DNA of 64,000 bases, taken from assembly GCA_040954595.2 (NCBI GenBank), contig CM082588.2, forward strand, positions 546,613-610,612, read 5' to 3'. The stretch's first letter is position 1; every line of letters starts with the position of its first letter. The DNA is from Balanoglossus misakiensis. Taxonomy: Eukaryota; Animalia; Hemichordata. Under the pieces are notes generated by a model. The model ran no database searches. It was given only the letters and a program-made list of their open reading frames with translations, and was not told where the DNA came from. Below, in pieces: positions 50,589 to 63,953 of the stretch. A program made the position numbers and the translations under genes.

Positions 50589-53500
50589 AAAGCAGCCGAC
50601 GATTAACCTTAAATATATAAAACAGACCAGACCAGTGGTTTCCAAAAGACGTTAAAAATTGGTCTGTTGGCTCGAGTGAGTTGGTGGAACAATTGAATTT
50701 GCCTTGTATTCATAGCTTTCTTTTCGGTCCAAATTAAGCGTTAAAAAGTGACGTGAAGCGAGCGCCAGACTTGAACACCCAGTGCGTTGTTTACTCAAGC
50801 AGATCCGAGACCACAAACACTTACAATCCAAGAAGCTTTCACCTTCAAGTGACAGACCTGAACCGCTTTTCAAGAAAGACACAAATGTTGAAGAGAAAGA
50901 CGCAAGGCCAATTTGACCACACTTCCTCCACCATCACCAAATTCCGTCAGCGCTCACGACTGCGGATGTTGGGCCGATTATTACATTAATATGACTGCAA
51001 AAAATAAGGCCAAATATAATTACATTTATGAACGGAACATATTAAGACCTAATTTGATTGTTTATTCACCAAGTTTGACTCGACTGCGGCAGAATTGTGA
51101 TGACTGACACGGCTACTACTAAATGCACGAAACGAACCGAAATACATGTTCAAGTCAGCAAAAACGTATAAATTTAACCCGTTTAAAAATTATTCGTGTA
51201 GGACTCTTAACATTATTTCTATCACTATTATTTATTTCGGACATTGTTCAAATCGCAGTTGAGAAGATATAGACTCGGATTTTTGTTCACGTGCCTACAA
51301 ATCCAAAATAGTTTAAGTTGGATTTAGGTTTTTGTCGTTTCTGTTGGACGCCAAATTCTATTCGGTAAGCTTACCCTAAAATGTTAAACCTAAACGCGGT
51401 TATTGGATTTTTTGTAGTAGAATGAGCATCATTGATCGTATAACTTGAAGACTCTTTTTATTGTACAATTCGCTTTGTTAGTGAAATTGAATTAAAGTTC
51501 GGTGTTTTGACGAAATGCGCTTGCACACTTGAGTTTATTCCAGCGTTTTTAGGCTTGCCGCACGCACTTTATTTCCAAGGGTTGTCTATTTGCGAAAATC
51601 CCCAATATCCAAACCGTTAAATGTAGCGACAAACTTAATTAATAAACTACACTTGAAAACATTTTACCAGGTGCACATATGCACTGAGGTAGTGAAAGAG
51701 AAAGTGAAGTAACCACGCGATTTTTTTTGTCTGGAATAGATGCTTTGCGAGATCCCGATGGTATTACGCTGGAAAATGAAACTCCCGGGCGGCCATCTTG
51801 AATACAAATCCGCTCATAATTAAGAGAGCGTGTTGTTTTGATACCAAAACGGCTGCATGCGCTATCTGGCTTGGTTTTATCCCTATTGGTAGTCAAAAGA
51901 AAGCTTAAGGGGTCGGAAATTTATCTGTGAAAATAACTTACTTTCATGTCCTCTTTAATTTTCTAGTATTTTAGTGAAAATTGTAATCAGATTCGATTTC
52001 AAATCCTCGACTTCCAGTGTAAAAGGGATCCACCCCGTTTCGAACCAAGCGAGTCAAACACTACCCCATCATTAAATATAAGTTTGCAAGAGACAAACTA
52101 CCATCACGTGCTTGCACTCTTTATAAAAGTGAGTTGAAAGGCAGGGGGGCTAGGTTTCCTTGGTGTTAATAGATGAAATAACTCTCTAGAAGTTACCAAG
52201 GCATATTGCAGCATATGAATACCAGGAGACTCCTTGTCGAAGTTATTTCGGCCCTCTTCATTCTTTTCTTTTACTCCAAACTTTCTTTAAATTGAAAAAC
52301 TATTGTCGAATTTTCTCAATCTCGGCGCGGTTCCCAAGAAAGGAAAAAACATTGCTTGCTTTGATTGCCGACCAGGTCTTATTCACTTTTCACTAGGGAT
52401 GTTATTGAAGCCCGTTAAGCCCTTAAGCGGATTTTGTCGACACAATGAACACACATAACTTCCACGAGAAGTCAATTCACTCCAAATTTGACCAAAACTG
52501 GCGTAATTTCCCCCAAAACGGAGCAACGTTGTCGGGATTTACTCGCCTGTGCAGTTTACGGATGGTAGAATTTGTAACCCTGCCTCCAAGAGTGTGAGTT
52601 CGTTTAAACATTCGGCGGAACAAAATTGAGCCATAGAAAGTTAATAACGGTCCAGCAACAACAGACTATATCGCGCTAACCATTGAAGTCATAGACACGG
52701 GGCTTACATGGCTAGCTTTGTTCTGATGTCCTTACAACGAACATACGGACACGAGGTAATCGCGGCAGCTTCCCCAAGGGTCCAAAATCTAGTGTCGTTT
52801 GGATGAACAAACAGAAGAGACAAATCAATGTCACATTGTCCGTTCCTCTCAGCTGTCAATCAACAAGAACCTTTGGGACTTGGACTTATTACTTAATTTT
52901 GGTTGGTCATTGTAGCGGGATCGCTCCCTTTCATCATATAGCGTTGACTAACCAACACCATATGCACTATTACCATGCATCTGCAGAAAAAGCCGAAAAA
53001 TATACCAGTGACGTTAAATAAAACGCAGCCATGGCAACCAACAATACTGAGATAGTAAATTGTCCAGACTGATGTGAATTTGCATGGCGATTTTTATCGA
53101 TGATTGCAATTGATGCAGTTTTTGGCGCAGACAGCCGACGAATTCCCTCGTGGCGCAGTTTATCTGAATTTCACACCAATGCGCGATTGAGTGTCACGTG
53201 ATTTGGAGTTTATCCCAGTTGGAGGTGACTAATTTCATTTCCCTTATGTGAAATTCAGATGGGTTTGATATCAACACCACTCAATTTGATGATTGTCACA
53301 GTGTTACATGGATTGAAACTTTTTGATTTAGATTAACACTGTCACTCACTAATGATAGGACTAGATATTACCAAATTTGAGACATTTTCAGAATACGTAA
53401 TTACACGATGTCTCGCTACCTATCTTAAAGCCCCAGTTGCTTTATTCTGTTGCATTATTCTCTATTCTTCTTCTTCTCTTCTTCCTTTCTTTCTTCCATG

Positions 53501-54490
53501 TTTTAGTTCAAATACAAAATTCTCTCTGGAGTGACTGCACATAATATTGAGTGACATGGCTGTGTATAACCTTTGCACAGCCTCTGAGGGAGCTTCATAC
53601 TTGATCACTGTACTTTGTGCAGCCATCGTGCTTCTGTTGTACAGTATTTGAGTATATTTTAGTGTGTGTGTGCGCGCGTGTGTATGTGTATATGATGTTC
53701 AATTGTTTACCTTGGCACTTCAATATATTTTCTTTTACTTTTCTTCTACGCTGTCCTATCAGACTCTGCCTTCTTTTAGATGTAACTGGATAAAAAAGGG
53801 AAACGGTTCATTTATGCATCTGTTATTTACATGTGTGTAATAGTTGCTTCTTGGATACTTTTCAAGGACTGCGTTGGCATGGAAACATTTCTGTTATGAT
53901 ATTCACAAATTAACTGGATGGAACTACCACCAAGGTGTACTTAAGCATGAATCCATAACCACCTGAGATGAACTTCAGTTTTTCTTCTCCAAACGCCATG
54001 TATGTATGTCAAACATCAAGAAAAAATGTACAGTCTCTGGGCATTATTCTGTAGTTGTGCATTCGTTCGTTGTACCATATGACACCAGAGAGGGCGTTCT
54101 TGTACACAAAGCAACACCCGTCCACCCAACTGCATCATTATAAGATCTCCGACCACTGCCATGGAAAATCCATCATCCGGAAATTGCTTCCATTATCAAC
54201 ATTTTCTTTCCTCTCTGTCTTTCACAAAGGACAGTTCAATCATTTCGATTCTCATATTTTGAAAACAGTCATGTACATGTACATCATCATATTTGAGTCT
54301 CCATATTTACAAAAATATTACCTGTATACAGTACAGCTACGATGTCTTGCGATGTGCATGTTCTTGGTGACAGACATTTTCTCCTATATGGTGGTTCAAT
54401 TGGTTTGTCCTAGTCTTCTAACAACCATGTGATGGTAGACTTCTTTGAGTGGTGTCCATGTGAAAATCTGCGATTGGCTAGCTCTCTCCG

Positions 54491-54504
54491 GTTCCCATGG
54501 TAAC
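54491..54504. promoter_or_regulatory. Near-perfect RFX X-box
   Basis: GTTCCCATGGTAAC matches the consensus GTYNCYATRGNAAC. A CCAAT box (attgg) lies ~15 bp to its left. Confidence 0.45.
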
Positions 54505-55670
54505 TCTGGTTAAATATGCATAGGTGACCATAAACTGTCAATCTCACAATTTGGAAGATAATAAACTGCTCATTTATTTCATTGCGATTAAAATGGTTTA
54601 TTAAAAAGTAAATATATATGTGGTAACTCATATAAAAATCAAAATAATAATAAAAGGTGCCAAGTGTATACAAAATATAATTCTAAAACGCAATTGTAAT
54701 TATGAAACAACAAAAAATAAAATAAAAAAATACAAAAGTAAAATAATACTGAGAATGTGAATTCATAAATCTTACAAAACATATGATTGTTCATCAAATA
54801 CACCCTACTGATTAGGGATATCATACCATGATTTGATATTCTGATATTTATAAAAAAAAATAATATAGACATTCAAATTTATCATAAAGGAAAAAATGAT
54901 GACAAGTGGATGGAATGAAAATTAAAAACTGCAATGAAAGGGCAAAGGACGGAATATATTGAATTGTAAATCATATGAAATTCAGCCTCTATGATTTGTA
55001 GGTATCAGTGGTCCAACGATCAAGTGGTATCTATTATTAAAGAAAGTACTTTCAAAGTCTGTGTGAACATCTTTGTTTCAAATTGTCTTGGAACTTACGG
55101 TTCATTGATTCTTCTTTTAAAAAAGATTAAAATATAACATTTAAGTGTACCTCACAATAAAGTACAAGAAAATGCTTTTGATAACAAATGTCTTCATCAC
55201 CGGATTTTATGTGATAGTTTTAAAACAACGCTAACAATCCTCCAAAGCAAACAGTTTATAGGATTAACTGCCCTTGGGTGTGATATTGGGATTTTTTTAG
55301 GAAAATATTTTTCCACTGTAGATAGTTTAAAGATTATGGCTACTCTATCCAAATGAATATTTTTCTTATTCACAAAATTTACAAAGTTCAAGATCAATTA
55401 TAAGGATAATGTTGATATATTAATATTAATTGATTTCCATGGCAACAAATCACAATAGTACTGAATAACTATTAAAATTTCCAAGAAATAAAAATACTGG
55501 CTGAACAAGAAGCGGGTGTAACATGTACACTGTCACCGATTCAGAAAAACTAAAAAAACTTAAAATAAAATACTTGAGAAACAAAAAATATACACACAGC
55601 GTTCAAAGAATTCAAAGGTTTGAAGGGCTATCATTTTTCTGAATTTCTGTCCCCGGGGACGTTTACTACC

Positions 55671-58600
55671 TTAATCAACAAGCATTGCTGCTTGGATGGC
55701 TTTCTCCATGGCTGTGATCCAACTCAGCTTGTCTTCATAACTGTCGGATGAACAAATCCAGTGTCTCTTGGGAGTCTTCATGGAAAATCCATGACGGATA
55801 TCTGACGGATGAAACACAAATTGGGATGTTGTCATTGGAAATGAAAAAGACGATCTGAAGTGTGTTTCCTCTACAGCTGAAGAAGATATGCAAAAATATA
55901 TAGCAGATAAAATTAAGACATGATTTCACTTACATTTAGTGTCAGGCAAGTCTTCAATCTGTAATCGGTTTAATCCAACCGATGCATAGAATTTAAATTT
56001 CTCCTCTTTGGAGCGTTCAAAGGGAAAATGTTTCACTTGTCTGATGGTGACGACCAACGCATCATTGAAGAGAAGCAATCCAAAGTCTTCAATGTGTTGA
56101 TACATCCTGCAAAAAAATACACAACACGATTATATTCTACAGCAATTAAATCTTACATGTAACATAATTCTTGCCAATCCCTTTCCAATTCAAACCATAT
56201 ATTAGCCAATTCTAACGTTTACTATTCCAAGATATCTTACCTGTATTCTGGTTTCGCATTGTTGGCTGATGTTTCCAGATGGGCCACATTTTGTTGTGTG
56301 ATCAGGTATCTATTCGCTTCTAAGAGCGTGGGACAATTGAGGATCATGGCTTGCAGTTGGATCAGTTTCCTTTCCTGTTCAGCTCTCAGTTTGCACTGTG
56401 GAACCATGACAACAAAATACAGAAATCAATAACTTTGTTTTTCAGTTAAGAGAATAATGAATCCATGAATTTCTCAATAAATGTTTGAATTTCTGACTGA
56501 ATGAGGCACAGGTCAGTACTCGTTCATTTCTGACTCCAACCGAACACAATTTCTGACTGTGATCCTCCTTGATAGTCAAACAGTAATAGTAATAACTTAC
56601 ATCATCGATATACTTCTGCAGTTGCTTGAAGTTGTTTCCTGCAGTGGAGAGATCTTTCTTGTCTGCATGATCAATCGGAGTGTATCTATCCAAGCCAGCT
56701 AGCAGCGTTATGTACTCAGATATCCGTCGGGTTGGAAGCAGAAACAACTCTTGTAACGTCAACATCTTGGTTGGTGGTTTCTTGTCATATCTCCGCAAGA
56801 ACGCTCTGAACAAAGGGTGTTGTTCTTTACACTGGATGAATGAATAATCAAGAGATAAAAATTTAATTTCAGTGAGCAAAACAACATATATAATCTGTCA
56901 ATAATAATGTCAAAATGAGCAAAATTGAATGTTTGCTCTTTTACCATGTATCAAATTACAGATGACAAGACAGATGTGGTTGTACCTTGTCAATGGTCGA
57001 CAGAGACACAGCATAGTTGTTGATAAAATTCGTGTAGACTTTCAGTCTGGAAGTCATCTTCACAAAGATATCACCAATGCACTGGTGAGGGCCCCAGTCT
57101 TCTAAACGATCTTGCAACTCACGTACCAAATCCCTGAAGAAAAAATATTACATGTATTACACACCAGTCTTTCCATGTACCTATTTTTTGATTTGATTTG
57201 ATTTGATTTTGATTTGAAAAGATGCACCCTTACCTGCTAAGTCCCAACACATTCATGATATCAGTGAATATTGTCTGAAGGTTTGGTTCACTGATGATAG
57301 CTCTGTTGGATTTGAGTGCAGATTTCAGAGGCAAGACGTAGACATCTTTGACAACCATCAAATTTCTCTTGTAACTGATCTCACTGCCCATGATTTCAAA
57401 AGCAATGGATGTCCTCTTGTCTGGGTGGTCTTGAAGCTGAGCTGTGGACTAATGAAGAATATTTACAATTTACTATTTACAGGAAGTAATTTGTGTTTTA
57501 TGGTTACACTCAGACTGTGAGTGTTCCACAGCATTGTCTGGTTTTGACTGAAAAATGTGTGGAAATGTAGCGGCAGCCATTTTGATTTCAGGTCACCAAC
57601 ATGTCAAGAATTTTTAGCTTACATTTTCTATGTCCATCAAATTTGGACAAGTCTTTGAGCTCCAACAAATTGTCTCTCAGGAGTTTTTCTTGCAGATTCA
57701 TGTTAAAACTTACCAACTTTGAAAATCCAGTTTTATCAAGAGTTTGCAATTCTTTATAATTGCTTTTTTCTGTCAGATCCAGCTTTTCAAGTCTCTTGTC
57801 TTTTGCTCTCTCTATTTTCCCCTCAGGAACAGCATCCATCTCAAATTCATCGTCTTCTATTGATTCAATAATCGATTCGAGCTCTTCAGGAATCGAGTCA
57901 GAGTCACTGCCAAGCTGAGAAGAAAAAATATTACGACCATGAAGCAAAAATTGCCGGTTTCATCAACTCTGTATCTCTGTAAAAACATTTGAGTATAAGA
58001 CCTAACTGTATCCCATTCACATACTTTGGATCCTTGTATACAATCTTGTATCAGTGTATTTCCTCTGTATTCACTGTGTATTTCTGAGTATAAGACCTAC
58101 CTGTATCCCATTCATCATGACTGGTTCTTTCTTACTCTTCTTCTTCTCAGGTCTCGGAGTCAAGATTGCCGTGTCTGTGATATTCTCATCTTCCAGAATC
58201 AATGACGTTTTCCTCTGTTTACCACCGGCTAAATCTGTCAGGTATTTGGCCACAAAGTTCAATGGCTTCACCTGTTGCAAAGAAAGGTCAACAGAAAACA
58301 CAGTCATTCACAAATTCCAGGACTTCATGATTTTGTCTGGAGTTTTTTTCAAAGAATGATTGTCAATTATATTGTAGAAAAAATCCTCATTGCCATTAAT
58401 AATTTCCACCTACATTTTCTTCACTGGACATTGCTTCAATTGCTTCTGTCAACGCTGGAGTTATTTCCTTCGTCTTTTTGATGTTTTTCAGACTCAGTGC
58501 ATCAAAGACAATTTCCCCTGCAATGTGATGAAGAACTTAGGTTGGTCAAAAAGTACTACAACGTCTTTATTGCCACAAGGTTGGCTATCATTACTTTAAC

Positions 58601-61600
58601 AGTCACACTGCTCAAGGGTACAAGACCACATTCTGCTGTACCTGTCACTTTTGCAGCTAAATCTTTCTGTTCTCGATCAAAATACGTCTTCATCCTTCTC
58701 TTGGTTGTGTTGATAGCTTCCTGGACCAGATTAGCTGTGCTAATCCAAGCCTTCAGCTGATCTGCATTGAAATACAAAGCTGGTGGTGTAATCCCATCTG
58801 GGGAGATCAGCCACTCACTGTCCACTGTATCAAAAAGAAAACAGATGTGCTTCAATCAATATGCAAAATACATCTTATCAAAGCTCCCAGTGTTATCTTA
58901 GATAGCAAGAGGTCAAAAAACTTTCAGAGAGCTTAAAGTTCAAAGTTCATGCATGACATTGTACTTACAGTGTGCATACGTAGACCCAGCAATAGCTGTG
59001 GGTGTAGTAAACTGTATTCCAGTCAGGATTCCCAGTTGTAATATCAATTCCATGCCAGCCTCTGAAAATCAAACAGCATTTGCGGAAAATTTAGAAATGG
59101 TTTCAATGTTTGAATGATAAATATACATTTTCTAAGGTATAACCTAATCTAACCTAACCTTATCAAACCTAACCTAACCACAGAATTTGTCATTCTTATA
59201 TCAAGATGAAGAGTTAAAGGTGGTTAGTTTCAACTTACCACTTGCTGCCAGTGGTACAAATATATCTACATGTCCTCCAACACCAGCAGGTAATACATAG
59301 CTACACATCGTCTCCCAAAATTTACGAATTTCTTCATTCTCAACTGTCTTGAGTGTTGTGGTGAAGTACTGCACCAATTTCACTTGTGTTGGCGAGCCAT
59401 CTACAAACAAACCAATACTCCTACAAAGAACAAGACAGTATTAATACAATTTGATCTTTTGTGCAGTGGAACAAATCTTGGATAGCAATTATCAAGAAAT
59501 TATCAATGACTCTTGTACAGAACAGGTATCTCACATACAGTTGACAGCTATGGCCCACACATCAATACACTCTGCACACAGAACTATTACTTACTTGGCA
59601 CTTCTGCCAGCCAGTATCTGTTCCAACTGCTGTAACAACGATTCCAGTGTGGTGCCTTCGTACTCATACACTATGGGTATCACACCAAACAAGACTGCGT
59701 CTAGAACAAGCTGCCGAGAAAAGCAAATGTTTTATTCATCTTTGTAAAGACTTCCCACTGAATCCACAAAGATTAAAGTAACATTTTATGGAAGAAGAAA
59801 AATTAATTCAAGTCAACTGACCTCAGCAGCTGGGATTCTAGATGAAATGAAGATAATCCTTGGATTAGCATGACTTGGATAATTCTGGCTTAACTGACTA
59901 ATATCAGCCTCGGATTTGTATGGAACGGGATAATCTCCATGGCCACCAGAAAGGTCCTTTCTGAAAATAATACAGAAAGAAATTGCATCAAAGGTCTAGT
60001 AAATATCTGAACTCTTTTTGAAACTAGTTCTGAAATGTGTTGGTGAGATAATTCCCCTGTAACTAAACAAAGAAATTCTATGCCTGATATTAAACCTACC
60101 TTCTTGATACCGGTCTCTTTTCTGGTGGTTGATACGGCTGTTCAATAGCGTCTCCAAGGTTACGATAAGACTCTATGGCAACACTTTGTGATAGCGTTGT
60201 TTTCAGAGGCCTGCCCCTCATGTCAACCTCCTCACCACTCTGTAAAAACACAAAGAGTCTAAATTCATTTCCTAACCATAGCAAAAACAAAGGCACTGTC
60301 AAATACCAAAGTTACACCATTGTGAAGCTCTTTATTATGAAAAACTGAAAATGAACTTCATAATTGTGCAACTTTGCTATGAAAGGATATATTTCATCTG
60401 CAGTTTGTGAAGTTCAAAGGTCAAAGGTTGAAGTTGTCATTGATGGTATCAGACATTCTTTGATGCAAGTCGGTTGCTCGTCACTGCCAGTTACAGCAAC
60501 AATGTTCATACAAACAGTGCCCAGCAACCAGACTGACTGAACATAGCAACCAGACAAGGCGGTCAAATTATAACAATCAAAATCTAAATATAAAAGGTTT
60601 ATTTGGAACTGAAAGACAACAGCACTGGAACTCGATTGATAGTCTTATATCACACAGCTGAAAGGTGCAAGCTCGCTTGAAAAGAAATTGTTAAATAAAA
60701 GAAAATAGCGTCATCATCGTCACCATCATTATCAATAAAGGACAAACTTACAGTCAATGCTCTGTGTCTCTGTCTTCTTTCTTCAGTCTCTGCACCATAT
60801 TCTATCTCCGTCATTCCACCAGACCAGGATTTACTCAACGGCTTGGTCTTCTTCCCTTTGGAATCGATTCCAAACCTTCCGGAATAGAGGTATGCTGATG
60901 TTGGCAATGCCGGATCATTGGGATTGACAGATGCCATCATTGCACGGAATGAGTTTTCCAGATCATTCGCTTTGGGATCATTGTTAACCCAGGGTGGTCT
61001 GCCCATTGTGCCAACTGATGAAAGTACAATAGATAACTTTGAAATAATATGACAATATACAAACATTTTTCAATCCAAGTAAAGTGTACACACATGCACA
61101 GTAACACACACAATGCATGCACGCAAACATACCTGTTCGTTTCTTATTCTTATCTTTCTCTTCTCCTTTGATTCCCTTGCCATCAGTCAAAGTGCCATAC
61201 ATGGACGACTGAAATCAAATCAATAATCATTAGTCACTACCTTTGAAATATGCACATGCTTTTGAAAGAAGCACTATGCAATATGGTTCAATATGGTTCA
61301 GTATTTCACTGGCTACTCACCCCTTTAGATGCCTGTACTACATCCAGCGATTTCAAACAATTGATGTAATGCCTCTTCCAGGCACCATACTCATTCCTGT
61401 CAGGCGAGTACGGTAAGAACCAACCAAATTTTACACACTTCGGCATCCATAAATCATCCTGTATGGAAGGGAAAAAATGGATTCTCAATCTTAATTCTTG
61501 AAATAATGAATAACCTTAGCATGTTGTGGATAGTATGCTGGGAGCACATATATGGTATTCATGAATTACCAAAAATCAACTTGACAACATTACCTGTTCA

Positions 61601-62546
61601 GAAAGGAATTTCCAATGCCAACAGACCAAGGACGCTCTTGACAGACTTCTTGGATCCAAGAATGAGAGGACGTAAAGGGAAAGTACTTTTGGGAGGACAA
61701 CAGTGAAGTCTGACTTGGACAACGGGATCCTATCTGCAAACCAGTCTTGGGTGAACTGTAATTGTGATCTCTTGCAGTGGGAGAAGATTGTTGCCAAGAA
61801 TCGCTTTCTTTGGTTGTCTGTCCACAGATCAAACTAGACAAAAAATACGTAAATTGAAAGTTTAATTTCACATTCAACACACACTGTTCAGCTGGAAGGA
61901 AATTACTGAATGACCATAATGTCAAAGAAAGTCAGAGCTATCACTGTCTGTTCTTGAACAGACTGACTGTGATGGAATTTAAGAACTTACCCAATGAGCA
62001 ACTAGATCTCGTCTCTCAATGAATATCTACAAAAAAGCAAATGAGATATCAAAGGTATGGGAACAACACAGGTAATATTGTCATTGGTTCCCAAGAAGTG
62101 CAAACCGTTATTCACACTGTCACACACTAGCAATATTAAGTGCCACGCCCTCCTCCAAGCAATTATCCAATCAAATTACCCGTTATATTCATGTAAACAC
62201 AGCTAAAACAACGTGGCAATTTCGCAATTTTGTAAATGAGTTCCAAAGGCTGTATTCTTCTTCGTAAAGACATGAAGGAGGAAGAGTCGGCCTGCGTGTA
62301 ACGTGTAAAATGTCAAACACTTCACTGTCAGTTTTTGTTTACCTGTTCATTAGATGGCTTGTGGATAATAGGCGTCCACGTACTCATGTAATTCTTCATC
62401 TTGTGGGTTTTGAAATTCTCCGATGACAAAGGGGCACCTTCTGGTACTTTCTTGACAGACTGTGCCGTCCGTTCAGTAGGATACTTCGGCTCGCGTAACG
62501 AGGCTAGTGGGTCGACTGCCCGTGGTGTCCTCGACTTTGTTGTCAT
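55671..62546 (-). CDS. ECT2L: ECT2-like protein (F-box, DUF4347-type region, RhoGEF DH, PH), ~1112 aa, 21 exons
   Basis: Phase-consistent exons 62546-62343, 62026-61991, 61833-61594, 61458-61321, 61208-61133, 61014-60752, 60239-60100, 59960-59822, 59710-59595, 59420-59239, 59061-58969, 58824-58642, 58517-58414, 58271-58101, 57914-57714, 57448-57234, 57133-56986, 56831-56601, 56395-56241, 56106-55934, 55801-55671 (3339 nt). Motifs [33 protein letters not shown]-box [39 protein letters not shown] ([10 protein letters not shown]...[15 protein letters not shown]) and PH (LLLFNDALV) match the ECT2L architecture. Confidence 0.93.
57185..57216. repeat. (ATTTG)n microsatellite, ECT2L intron
   Basis: tttgatttgatttgatttgattttgatttg seen directly. 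Confidence 0.8.
59140..59180. repeat. (AACCT)n degenerate pentamer repeat, ECT2L intron
   Basis: aacctaatctaacctaaccttatcaaacctaacctaacc seen directly. Confidence 0.7.
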
Positions 62547-62789
62547 CGTGAAGTTTGAGAGGTGTGTGTACACTCGTAACTCAGCCCAGCTGCTCAACTC
62601 ACCGGCGGGGCAAACAAAGTGCTTGTTCAGCGCAAAACAGAAGTTCTTGCTTGAGTTTCCACTCGTTAACTACGTATGAGACAAGTTCTCCATGTACGCG
62701 AGTCCCATCAACCGTAAATACGGATTATTTCGGCACTTTCACGAAGTCTACGGTGTCTCAGCTCCTGTCATCCGCCATACTTGTTAGCT

Positions 62790-62935
62790 GAAGGCGCATG
62801 CGTGGCGATTTTCTTCCGGCTTCGGATGTTGTCTTGGCAACCCTGCGTGCACACAGCGTCCCAGTGCCGCACGCAGTAGCAGCTCCGCGCCTACTTGCGT
62901 ACACTGTGACACACGTGCGCGCTTTGCACGTAGCC
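62790..62935 (-). promoter_or_regulatory. ECT2L CpG-rich promoter: NRF1-like site, RFX X-box, E-box
   Basis: GCGCATGCGT (62794-62803), GTTGCCAAGACAAC on the minus strand (62828-62841) and CACGTG (~62912), between the QRSL1 polyA signal and the ECT2L ATG. Confidence 0.55.
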
Positions 62936-63045
62936 TCCAGGAAAAGACGAAATGATGCCAATAATAAAATTAAGAGAAGTGTTGCCTTGCAGAAAAAACA
63001 ACCAAACTTTTGTACATTTGATGAAACACTTTATTCATAAAAAAT

Positions 63046-63953
63046 CTAAGAATCGGGAATTTTCTCATCAATTTGTTTCATTACATCAGAAATTGGAAAG
63101 TTGACTTGTTTCTCAAACCATTTAGCAACTCTGAGCATGAAGTAGTCTTGAAACATTGGCGCGATGAACTGCAAACCAATAGGAAGGCCGTTGGTTGAGA
63201 GATAAGCTGGTACAGTGACGGCTGGTATACCTGGCAAAATACAAAATATATGTAGCATCAATGGCACTTTGCTCCCATTTGATTTATTTTCCTTATGTAT
63301 AATATTTACTCAACACATATTTCTAGCAAGATGTTAAATGGCTCTCATGATAGACATTAAGCATGACAGATTTTGGTCATGTTCAGTTTGAGTATAATAA
63401 ATTTCAAAGCAGCCATCTTTTCCCCTAAATCGCATGTGTTTTGGTATAAAATGGACTCTTTATTTACCTGCCATGTTTACAGGTTGCGTCAAGACATCCT
63501 GTTGTTCACTTTGCTTGCGATGATCAATTGAAGAGAAGTCTTTGTATGAGGGTGCTTCACTTATTGTTGTAGGTGTTAGTAAAATATCTACTCCACTGTG
63601 AAAAACTTTTTTGAAATCATCTGCTATTAATCTTCTGACCTTCTGTGCTTGGAGGTAGTATTTCTCATAATTCCTGTAAACAACACAAAACAAAACAAAA
63701 TGATTTAAACTTGTTTTCTGTCAATTATCAAAGACGTAAACTCCCTTCCCCCGAGAAAGTTTTCTGCCGTTTTACAAGAATTATCCACATTGCCAAAATA
63801 TTGTTGATAGAACACAAAAACCAAAGTAAACCTACCCTTTGAGAAGAAAGTAATTTCCTGTCAATATCCTCTCTCTGACAACATCATTAAAACCTTCATG
63901 TCGCGTGTCTGAAAACAACGCTTCGAGGTAACTGCTTTCATCAGCACGATGAC
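63046..63953 (-). CDS. QRSL1: Glutamyl-tRNA(Gln) amidotransferase subunit A, mitochondrial (GatA), last three exons; 5' part outside the window
   Basis: Exons 63953-63836 ([38 protein letters not shown]), 63673-63468 ([36 protein letters not shown]...[11 protein letters not shown]) and 63230-63046 (IPAVTVP...[15 protein letters not shown]...) give the amidase/GatA C-terminal signature. AATAAA on the minus strand at 63029-63034. Confidence 0.95.

Noticed and set aside
51640-51915. Possible transposon fragment with a GCGGCCATCTTG (YY1-like) motif
   Set aside because: No second copy or termini visible in the window.
57588-57713. In-frame read-through of ECT2L exon 15 to a second donor at 57622
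   Set aside because: That donor is phase 1 while the next exon needs phase 0; the donor after 57714 fits.
59140-59180. Interstitial telomeric (TTAGG)n sequence
   Set aside because: Only a few degenerate units inside an intron; best treated as an ordinary microsatellite.
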